Part shown: positions 25,901 to 37,900 of the stretch, one piece after another
Layout: every line of letters starts with the position of its first letter
Numbering within the stretch: the stretch's first letter is position 1
Assembly: GCA_002633005.1 (NCBI GenBank)
Contig: NMRA01000168.1
Coordinates: forward strand, 251,129 to 315,128
DNA from: Phoronis australis
Taxonomy: Eukaryota; Animalia; Phoronida
Direction: 5' to 3'
DNA length: 64,000 nt
Made by a program: the position numbers and the translations under genes
The notes under the pieces: model-generated
What the model was told of the DNA's origin: nothing
The model's database searches: none
The model's input: only the letters and a program-made list of their open reading frames with translations

Positions 25901-28900
25901 GCCTCAAACTATTCACAAGTGTTAAGAATGACTTTGTGATAATATTTAAAGGCATAGACCTAGATTTTTCTGCGTCTTATCAAAATATAAGTTTGTAAAT
26001 GAAATCAAAGCCGCATCCCGCCAACTCCTGCCGAATATGCTAACATTGGTCAAGTTGTTAACACTAGAAACAGACTATGCTGAAGACCACGAATGCACAA
26101 TTCAAATTGCATGTGTGTATGATAGGTAAAATGTGACATTAAAACATGTCAGTGCGATGGTTACGATAAAATAAAAAGTACTTCAACCAGAAATCATTTC
26201 AGTGTGATTAAAATGTTTCCCAAAATTCATATTAGTATTTAAAGAAGGCGACATGATGATGGCACTAAAATAAGAGCTATTATTATACGAGTTTCCTTAA
26301 CTAAACAATGTTCACTTCACTATACTTTGTAACAGATTACATAAACAATTTCTACCATGAATGTTCAAACAAAAACCACAACATTTAGTTTTTAGGTATC
26401 TTGTTAATGATAACAAAATCCAGTACTTTTTTAAAATCGCTTGTTGCTATGAGTCAAAGCTGAGTAACTGCTCAATCGCTGTTGAAACGTTTGCCTCAGC
26501 AATAGGAATGATAAAAGATCTGGGACATACTTCAACCTTCCGCAGAAATGTGCGAGCTTTGGTGAACTGCAGGTTAGGTACAAGACAGTGACACTCAACT
26601 GCCTGGTGAGGGAGAAGGAACGCGGCGAAGTCGTCAACCAGATCGGGGAAGTCTGCCAACAGGTTCTTGATCTCCTGGTAAAGCTGGAAAGCAAATGAAA
26701 AACAGTGAACAATTACACAGCAAATCAATTTTGTATTTTAGACTTTTTTGTTTGTTTTAAATTCCAATGAACCAACTAGTAACTCCATCTAGCGTACTGT
26801 CACAAAACCTTTTTCAGCCATATTGCTTTCAACGCATAAAATGGCGAACCTGATAGCTCAACTTAGTGAGCCAAGTCTCAAACAACAATAAACTGTCAAT
26901 TTGTGCCTTAGTTGTCATAGAAATTCTTTTTAGACATAAAACTGAAGTTAATGCTTCTTGGCGAAACCTGGAAAGGATACTGACCTCAACTGGTGTGCGA
27001 GTACTGGAGGTGAAGTCACTGAGCACCTTAAGAAAGGAGAGGTAACTTTCTGGCGACACCAGGCTCTGAACACGCGACAGATATGCCTGGGAGAAGGCTG
27101 TGTCTCGCTCATCACGCTGACAAATGAACATGAACAAAACGAAGTACTTTATAGTCTGTTAAGACAAGCCATGAACATTCCCATTCATCACACTCACAAA
27201 TGAACATGAACATGAACAACACAAGAAGAATTATATTCCAGTACACCAGCCTATGAACAGTCCTGATCATCACGCTCACAAATGAACATGAACATGAACA
27301 ACACAAGTTGAGTTATAGTCCAGTACACCAGCCTATGAACAGTACTGTACATTATGCTGACAAATGAGCATGAACAAGACGAATTACATAATATTCCATT
27401 ACGCTAAGCTATGAACAGTCTGGCTCACCACACTTGACATGAACAATCAATGTCACACCATAGTCCTCTCAATTACAGATACATCCCAAACAACTGAGAG
27501 CTAACGTAGTTTTTGTCCTGTTTTGTTCTGAACAAGGAAGACTTGAACGACTCTCCAATGTGTAGTGGCACGTGCGACTAAAGTCAAAGACATCTCCAGC
27601 GTGGTACTGGGAAGGCATTAAAGCGTACAAGTACATACATGTGCGATGTAATCATGAGGGAAGGAGGCAGTTTTTGCGAATAGCTTACACACGCATGCAC
27701 GCACGTACACGCACACGCACACGCACAAGCACACGCACGCACACACACGCACACACACACACACACATAACCAGCTGAAAACCTAATTAACACTTTGGCA
27801 CTAATCAATGAAATATTTACTTTACAATAATATATTACTTTACGCCGAGTCCACATGTCTTTTTAAAACAAGGGACAATTTTTGCCCCCTTGCTTCAATT
27901 CGTATTGCTTGGTTGTTTGTTTGTTGCCTTTTCTAATGTGTCTGGACTGTATTATAATATATACTGTGAAAATGACAAAAATTAATGACAAAGCACTTAC
28001 TCCATGCTTTCTAACAACACTGTGGACTAAAACAAGAATTAATTCTGGTCAATACACACAACTAATTACCAAGCATGCTGTTCTCATGGCATTAATTTAT
28101 ATGAATGAAGCAATTACCAGAGGGTCGGTCCCAATGATGTCAGGAGCCATCATAGCCAATGCCAGTTGTTGCTTTCTTTTCTTAGACTTCAGGTGCTTAT
28201 CTCGACACTTAGAGCTGGGAGCGTACCTGCATAAGCGAGAATAAGAGAAAAATCAGACTTAGTGTATGATAGTTCAAGCTATTTACTGTATGTGTTCTCT
28301 GACAGGAACTCATTCTTACATAAAAACTTCATTGAAAATAAGACTACAATCAAAGCTGACAATTTAATGTTCTATTACAAACGCGAAACGGCCACCTGTT
28401 TACAGGTTGTCCTAGGGTCAGGAAATAAACTCCACATATTCTTGGTTCACATTTTGGCAATAAAAATACATGGTCCAGTTCTGAGTTCATAAAATTAAAA
28501 TCACATAAACAACAACTATTGTGTAAATATAGAACACCCAGCTGTTTTAAACCAATTTTGCCACTGAATAAACGAATGTGTGAACTAAAACAGCCTAAAC
28601 ATAAGACAGATAATATCCAGCAAATGTTGGACGAAAGGGTAAATATGTAAAAGTAGTGAGAATGCTGACTATAACAAGAGCAACGCTGAGCGTTGAATTG
28701 CGCCCACGAGTGCTTTTAGGGTTGCTTATTTGTGTCATAAAATGGGCACTAGATGGCGCAAAAACATACAATCCGTCCGAAAATGGGAACATGTCATTGC
28801 TTCTTTAGTAGAAAGCTATGCACCAAATTTCATAGAAATCCGGAAAACAGAACAAAATGAAATTGCCATTAGGGGGCACAGTGTTCATTGGATCTGCCTG

Positions 28901-31900
28901 AAAGTCGTCATTGTCTGTTGTTCGTTTCATGTAAATACTCTTACTAAATTTAATAAAGATCCTCCAGTGGGTTTAGGAGATACACCTATGGGCACAAAAA
29001 CAAAACAAAACTACCACTAGGAGGCGCCAGAGTAGTCAAAGTCATCATCATAATCATCAACCATCCTCTTCACACTGAGAACAGATAAGCCAATTTTCAA
29101 AACTATCCTTAGAATGATTTGGTTGATAGAGAGGTAGATGCCAAAAAATTGACTCGAAAGCAGCCAAAATGGCTACTAGGTGGCGCAAAGTACCTTGATT
29201 CCATCCAAAAACAGGAGGACAGCGTCATCTCATCAATAGATGCTGTATTCAAAATTTTATGAAAATCTGTTGAGGACATTTGAAGATACAGAGGTAAACA
29301 TAAAACTAAAATTGCCACCAGGGGGCATACCAGTAGTCAGATCCATCCCAAAATCATCGTGGTTCGTTGTCAACATCATATAAACACACTTCTTAACTAT
29401 ACTAAAAATCCTACAAATGGTTTAGGAGATACAGCTATGGGCGCAAAAAAGAAACTGCCACTAGGAGGCGCCACAGTAGTTGAAGTCATTGGAAAATCAT
29501 CATCAGCCGTCCACTTCATAGTAAAAACATGCATACCAATTTTCACATGCCAATTTTCACATGCCAATTTTCACAATTATCCTGAAAGCGGTTTGGTTTA
29601 TAGAGGGGTGGATGCCAAAAAACAGACTAGAAAACAGCAAAAATGGGTCACTAGGTGGCGCAAACTAGGTCGAATCCGTCTGAAAATTGAAAGAAAGTGT
29701 CATCTCACTAACAAAAGCCTGTAAGCCAAATTTTTTGAAAATACGTTGAGGACCTTTGAAGATACAGAGGAAAACGTAAAAAAATAGAAAGTGTCACTAG
29801 GTGGCACACCAGTTATCAGATCTGTCCAAAAGTCGTTGTCGTACATTGTCAACATCACATAAATGCACTCACTAAATTTAGTAAAGATGCTGCAAAACGG
29901 TTTAGGAGATAAAGCCATAGGTGCAAAAAAAACAAAACTGCCACTAGGAGGCACCACAGTAGTTGAAGTGGTCGGAAAATCATTGTCAATCGTCCCCTTC
30001 ATAGTAAGAACATACATGCCAATTTTCACAATCATGCTTAGAGCGGTTTGGTTGATAGAGGGGTGGACGTCAAAAAACAGACTAAAAAACAGTAAAAATG
30101 GCTACTAGGTGGCGCAAACTACATCGAATCCATCCGAAAAGGGGAGGATGTCGTCATTTCACTAATAGATGCCTATATACCAAATTTCATGAAAATACCT
30201 TGAGGACCTTTGAAGATAGAGGTAAACGTAAAAAATTAAATTGCCACTAGGGGGCACACCGGTCATTGGATCCCTCCGAAAGTTCGCTCATGCCGCCCCA
30301 TCCATGAAAGGAACATATGTGCAAAATTTCATGAGCATAAGTCAATCGGTTTATGAGACAGACACAATTTTCAGCTGATTGTGATTTGAATCCCTGACAC
30401 AACAAAGCTCAACAAAAATAAATGAGTAGATGGTAGATGTGGCAGTTACCCCCTATCACAGAGGGCAAGCAACTACTGCCCCCTATCCCAGATTTGGAAA
30501 GACGATGAAAAGCCTAAGCAAAATAGGAAAGAAACAGGCTAATCATTAGCCCTTTCAAACGGTCAAGTGTAAGTAACTGTAATACAATCAGACTCAGAGT
30601 GCTTCACTAAAAAGCTATAAATTGGCTACATTTTAAGTTTATGCGTTTCACTAAACTCATTGGTCCAAACTTAAGATTCTGACAAAAATGCTGCGGTAGT
30701 AGATATCTAATAATAACGGTGCAAGCTGTATCTCGAAATTGGCTGCGTTTTATTGTGAAAATAAAAACATTTTGGAGAAATACAAGACAATAATGTGTGC
30801 CTCGGGGATCATTTGGCTCCCACAAAAAACAACTGCGCTTGATACCTAGTAACAATTTATATTTCTTAAGCACAGCTGAAACTAGTGTTGACAGGAACTC
30901 CTGTAAATTACGAATGCATTCAGACCTTTCATCAGCTTTACCTTATAGTAGAGCTGGCCGCCATCAGTGCATCTAGGTCGTCAGTTCTCTGGTCTTCATC
31001 GCTTTCCGCCTTCGCGTCATCATTGAACCACCGTGGACGCGACTTCTGCATGGCCTCCTCGGCGCGAAGCTTTCCTGACTGATCTGCAGGTGTCTCTGTA
31101 TCAGACACAACATCTGAATCTACTGTATCATATTCACTGGTGAAGTCCGTCTCCTGACTAGGCACGCCCGTGGACTCTGCATCGGAGTCCACAGGCTTTA
31201 CTGTGGGACTGAGCACTGATTTTTTGCGGGTTGGTTTCGTTGGTACGATAGGTTTTCGTCGTGTCCATTTACGCTTCGTCCTCTGATGAGCGCGGGCTGC
31301 AATAGTACTGGCAATCTTCTTCGTAGGGGATAAGATGGCGCCAGACACTACCAGACCCTTGGGTAGGATTGCTCTGGCTTGTTGTTGCAGACGACGACGA
31401 CGTGGACTTTTATTATTTTTGCCAAGGAATGGCGAGACAACAGGTTTTTTTGACGAGTCACCATCAGATTTGGGGAGAACAGGCCTCTGTTTGGTAGGCG
31501 TACGCTCTGAGTCAGTACCACTGACTAGCACCATATATTGTCCAGCACCATCTTTTTCTGGAGTTACTAACTGGGTTTTGCCTGAAGGGAGCAATGGGGA
31601 TTTGGCTGGCGTTACCAACGGTGAATTGCCCGACATTACCAATGGTGAATTGTCGGTCTCAATGTCCTGTTGCATATCAACGTTGTCATTGCACGTCTCT
31701 GCCATATCCGACACCAGAGTCTCTTCATTTCCTGTCAGGCCCTTTTCCACCGGAGACGCTATCTCGCCACCTGGTGATCGCAGCTGCTTTGAGAGTGACC
31801 TACGAACTTGTCTGGACAGCTCTGACCGACCTTTTTCACCGGACTTTTCACCAATGCCACTCATGTCAATGGTGCTGCTTATACATCCATCTTGTGCACT

Positions 31901-34900
31901 CACTTTTACACTGGCATCACCACATTGAGTTGTTGTTACCACAGAAGACTGCACGTCCCTCGTCGAGAGTACAGTCCCCAAACTCAAAGATGTAGTACAT
32001 ACTGCAGCTGCGACCAGAGGTGAACTCTGACTACCATCAACAGGAGAATTATGATGAGAGCTTACTGGCGCTACAGAATCTGTATGACTAGAATCCCCTT
32101 CATTAAACTTACTATGACCTTTAGTAGCAATCGGTACGCTTGATTGTAATTTCCCTTCCTGCGCTGAACTGCTGAGTGAAACAATTGCACTACATTTATG
32201 AGTTTTACTGCCTAATTCGGACACATTTCCACTATTGGTAGTTTCTTGTGTCACATTTCCCACCACAGGTGTGCTGACACCAGTAGATGCATCAGGTCCA
32301 GAAATAACAGTCACTGCCGCAGGTGTGAGGGGAACAACATTACCAATCATGGCAACCCTAGGTGAAACACTGCCTCCAGATTGTACGCACTGCACAATGG
32401 TTGCAAAGTTTGATGGGCCACCACTGAGCAATACTTTGCCATCAGACCCTATAGGAAGGGTGATCACAGTCGCTGGAGAAATATTGGGCAGCGACGAAGG
32501 TACCTGATGTTTCTCAAGTCCACTAGGGTTGGGAACAATTGCACGACATTTCCTGCTCTCTTGGTCCTGCTTTCCCTTCTTTCTTCGTCCTCGCACGGTT
32601 TTTCGCTGCTCACTTGCCGAGTTTGCACCAGATGTTACACTGCCCCTGGTTACCTGCATGGGTAAAGTCTGGGAAATACTTTTCTCTGGTGAAGATGTCT
32701 TAGATGAAGGTGTGACCGGTCTGCTGTCTCCTTCCACAGTAACATCTTGGCCATGTTTAATAGCAGCCTTGTATAACTGGAACAATACAGTACAGCTATG
32801 AGAAACAAGAAAACAAAAATAATTACATCTCCATATTTTCGATCCACAGAAGTGTCAAGTCATCAAAGGGGGAACCATTTAGGACATTATGTTCAGTCTC
32901 TGGCTATCTTCTTGTTAAGACACAATTAATGTTAATTCATGTTTAGACATAATTACTGTTCCCATAACATGTGTTTACTGTCCATGCAATGCCAAAAATA
33001 CAAAGTGGGGAAAACGGCCTGGCAAATGGTCCTTATCTTGATTCTCATTCACTTCCACTGAGCAAACACACTAACCAGTTCGCTATTGAACACATTCTGT
33101 GTTGGCCATTCGTGTTTGCTTAAGAAACGTGAATGAGAAACCAAGTCACTATTTATTGTTTCATGGATAGTGAATACTCACCGAGACAACAGTAATTAAC
33201 AAGGGAAAATGCACATCCAAGATAAACAGGGATCTGTATTTTTACAAAAAGTAACATTCAAAAACACTTGCTTTTCCCATTAAGACTATTCGTAATCTTC
33301 CAAAATCTCTTCAAAATGGTAATGACAACATGGCATTAAGTTGTATACACTTTATTTAGGAAAGCTCTGTGAATTAAGAGGGAAAACAGCAAATCAACAT
33401 ACTATGTTACCAAGTTTTCTTTCAAACATTTTTTCTTGAAATACTGCTTCACTCATAAAGATGATTAACATGCTATAAAACAAGGTCTCTATCAGTGCTG
33501 CATGAGTAGTATAATGTGGTCGTGTACGTTTTGGAAATGTCAGAAACCTGGGACATGACATAAGAGGACAGCCACATGGCTTTAAATGAAAATATTCATG
33601 ACGGACAAATAATTCTTACACTCAGCCACTCAGGAAGATTAGACATCTGCTCCACAGGAGCTTTCACTTCTGTTACTATGGAAACAGATCGAGGCATATT
33701 GGGCAGCTCCTTTCTGTCCTTTAAAAGCTGAAATTAAAATACATTGAATTAAAATTTACTTTCATAGCATTTCCATACTTCAAGTTTTCTTGCATGACAC
33801 TTATTGTACATACCTTTATGGGATTGTCTTTGGCCTTCTTAGCTCTCATGTTTTTTATATGTGTGCGAAGCTGTAAGTCTGTCTTGCATGGTATAAGGTA
33901 TTGCTGAAGGTAGGTACGGTAATTCATCAGGTGTCCAAATTGGTCCAACCCCAGGGCTATCAGGCTGAAATGTGTAATTATGTATATTGACTTTTATTAG
34001 TTGAAACATTTTACTGACAGGAACAGAGAACTGAGTGTAATGATTGAGCTTAGTCCCCTCTGTATCAGCACAATGTAAATAACCCCATTAAATGAATCTC
34101 AAAAGCATGAAAATAAACTCATTCATAACTTAAACCATATACCATATACTATGTTCACATGCCTGATCCACCACCTCAAAACATTCACATGTGAACATTC
34201 CTCACAAAACTGATCTGTCTTCTAAGCGCCTGACCTTAAATCACGACGGTAGACCAGCCTTCTCAATGTGAGGACCCTACATTCCAAAGATATGATTCTT
34301 GGTTAGACTCACTTGTCCTCTGCATCCGTGAAGGTCACCTTCAGTTTTGCAGCATCACCTGGTGTCAGGAAGGTGTCGATGGGTAGAAGGTTGGTGTAGA
34401 CCAGCGCCTTACAGTTGGCGAGACAATCTTGTAAAGTGAAAGGCAGGTTCACAGATTGACCTGAAAGAAACACAATTTGGATAGTTACCAGCTCTGGCTG
34501 TAGAGTTAGGATGTAACCCCACCTAATGGGTCATTAGCACCGACCACTCTGTTATAAGAGCTTAGGATGTCCTCAGTATAGAGAGAAACTCTGTCTCAGA
34601 GGTTGACCAGGAAATAAAACAGATGGAATGAAGAAGACTTTTAAACATGAAACTATCAGATACTGTGCTTTATGCCATGTTACCTAAAACCCTGTTAGGA
34701 ATTATTTTATAATGTTCCACTTTTGCATGAGGGGCTATCAAAAATAGGACTCAAATGATTTGTATCAAAACCTCGAAAGTTGCATAAAACAAAAACGAAA
34801 TGACAACTTAGAAAACTGTGATAGCTCTTTTGAGATTTCATCTTGGAACATTGATATCAAATAACTGCTGCAACCGTAGTTCTGCTATGACTGTACCTTT

Positions 34901-37900
34901 TGGCTTTGGCACTTTCAGACAGGTACTTTCACCAATTAGAATTCTACAGTTTTGTTGGCTAAACGCACAGACTTGATGACAAAGACCTAATATATAACCT
35001 TAAATGATGAACACACACAGTACTGTAAACTCAACAGACTTGATGACAAAGACCTAATATATAACCTTAAATGATGAACACACACAGTACTGTAAACTCA
35101 ACAGACTTGATGACAAAACCTAATATATAACCTTGAATGATGAACACACACAGTACTGTAAACTCAACAGACTTGATGACAAAGACCTAATATATAACCT
35201 TAAATGATGAACACACACAGTACTGTAAACTCAACAGACTTGATGACAAAGACCTAATATATAACCTTAAATGATGAACACACACAGTACTGTAAACTCA
35301 ACAGACAACAAGCATGGCTGAAACAAAGTACCAATTAAAAAACATACGTCACAAAATTATGGCTGAAACCAAGCAGTGTTCCAGCACAAAATTGCTGTTC
35401 TCTTCCACTCTTCGTTGTCCTACCTGGTTTAAATCTTCTTCTTCTTCTTTTCTTCGGCGTTTCCTGAATCTGAGGCTTAGTGTGTTCATTCGCAGCAAAT
35501 TCAATGGCTGCCCGCAGGTTGATGGCGCTGAACGCAGATGGGACACGTCCAGTGACTGCACGCTGGCTGAACATGTCAAGCTCATGCTAGAAACAGATAC
35601 AAAATTGGAGAGAACTGAAAACCTCTTTCAAAGTTTAATAACAACCTACACACCGAGACCGGACCCAACTATATCAGAGCTAGACTCACTCTAACTTTTG
35701 TTTATGCCAATAAACTGAAAATGGAAGTGCTAAAGCAATTGAAATCTACTTAATAGATAAGTCTGTCAACGTGATTGTTATTTATAAGGTTCTGTAGAGC
35801 CATTTGAAAACTGGCCAAATTTAACAAACTTCGTAACATCATTTCTCAGAAATGGCCAATCGGATTCTTATGAAAATTTCAGATAGTACGCTTTATACCA
35901 CAATATCAGCCTCAAATGGCCAATACAACCATGTAATAACCTATTTAGTTATCTCAATAGCGAGATAACATTTTGGCGGGAATCGAGGCCAGTTTCGAAC
36001 CCGGTCCGCACAACTCAGCGGCTGACGTCATCGAACGTCGAAATAGAATACTTAAATGAGCACGCGCAACAATCGCATGTTCAACAAAGGGCATTGTACC
36101 GACATTTATATGCAATGAAAAATAAGACGCATAATTTCCATAAAAACAATATTTTAATTCAGTGAAATTATCTCTCATTTTCTCTCACTTGTAAATCACC
36201 GATCTTCAATTTGAATGTGGGTATCGCGTCATCGGAATCCTTCAACTTAAGCATTATACTCAGTTACCAGTGGTAACCTAATTTAGCAGACGATATTTTT
36301 TTCGGTCGAAGCTTAGCGTGGTAAAATGTGTAGGAAGCTATAATAGTTGCTAACCTTAATTTATAGATTCATTTTCTTTCCATTTTGTTTAAATTTTCAA
36401 TTGGTTTTTAGTAAAAGCAATATTTGACAAAAATAGCTCGGCATTTCTAAAAGGTCACAACCTCCGACCCTGGGCCTCTGACAAAGAAAGTAGTAACAAA
36501 GCCAAGGCGAGTCAAGAAAGGTAGATCGATTCATTGCAATGTTTCTCATTCAGTATGTGGTATAAACAGATTATTGCATGTTCTCAGTCATTATCCCCCT
36601 TATCTAGAGCCCTCGTGGATTTTGGAGAATTATCCAAAATTCACTCAGCTCTAGAATATGGGGGATAACGACTGAGAACATGTAATAATCTATATTTAAA
36701 CATTTTTCTCCAAAACGCTATTAGGAATTGTTTTTGAAAGTTTCCATTTTTGCACAAGGGGCACTTTAAAATGATTTTCATGAAAAAATCAATAGTTGCA
36801 TAAGACAAAAATGAACCAATAATTTAGAAAACCGTTACATTGTACATCGTTTCTGAGATTTCATCTTGATTAAGTCGAGTTCCTTTAAAATGTGAATGAG
36901 AAATACTGAACTAGCAGACCTAAGGGGTTATAATTCGCCTTTTCACTGTAACTCACTAAATACTGGGCAGACTGTATAGACATGTTGATGTGTGAACACT
37001 GATGAGGAAAAAGACCTGAGGTACATGTAAGCGAGCTTGAGACATTCTAACTCACCAAATACTGGACAGACTGTGTAGAGATGTGTTCATAACCTGTCTG
37101 AGCACTGCTGAGTATGTAGACCTGTGTCAAAAGCTGAACATGCTGAAGAGAGAAGCATGGGTGAGTAAATTCATCCTGCAATTATGTTTTTCCAATTCAA
37201 AACAAACGTTTACCATAAAACGTTTACCATAACAAACCTCTACCATGACAAACCTTAACCATATCAAACTTTTACCATGACAATCTTTATCACAAAGAAT
37301 CATCAATACCCAGAAACAGCCACATTTCTGGCCCAGAACACAATTACTAAACTGGTTAATATACAGGTACATTGTAAACGTTCTCCACATTCTTAAAAGT
37401 TTTTCTCGTTGAGTTGCGAAATATACCCACAACTGGTGACCATAACCAGTGTACTAAGGACTCGTGTGAAGTCTACTGCCACTGCGGTTCACTCGATACA
37501 ACTTGAACTGTATAGAACTTCTAATTACGTTTAAATTACCTTTCTCATTTGATCTTCAATCTGCAGTCGCTCCTCTGTTGTTATGGTTGGTACATCCCCA
37601 TCAGTTGGGTTGGCAATAACCTTCGCAGTCTTTGTAGTTCTAGTGAAACAACATGTAATTCAGACAATTTACTATTTAATAACTCATGTACAGGGTGTCC
37701 CAAAATGTTAACAAAAATACTTTGGAATACAAGAAGAGCAAGCGTCCACCATGTGCATCACATTTAGCGCAGATACAAGGGATGATTACTATTTTAAACA
37801 TTCCAACAAAATGGAGCAATGCCAGTAGCCTCTAAGGGGAGCATAGCAACCCAGCAAAGCTCTCCTCAATAGGAACACACTTGCAGAAAAAAGGAACAGC

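Noticed and set aside
29359-30108. Two similar ORFs (..NGLGD.A.GAKK.KLPLGG.TVVEV.GKS..) suggesting a repeated protein
   Set aside because: They are translations of the higher-order DNA repeat; frames are not maintained between units.
31335-32801. Long + strand ORFs (197, 133 and 90 aa)
   Set aside because: Antisense shadows of the large GON4L exon 15. The same applies to the antisense ORFs over the large BRCA1 exons (for example 62765-63328).
34967-35306. Tandem snoRNA cluster (TGATGA in every unit)
   Set aside because: No box D (CTGA) or terminal stems; behaves as a plain minisatellite.
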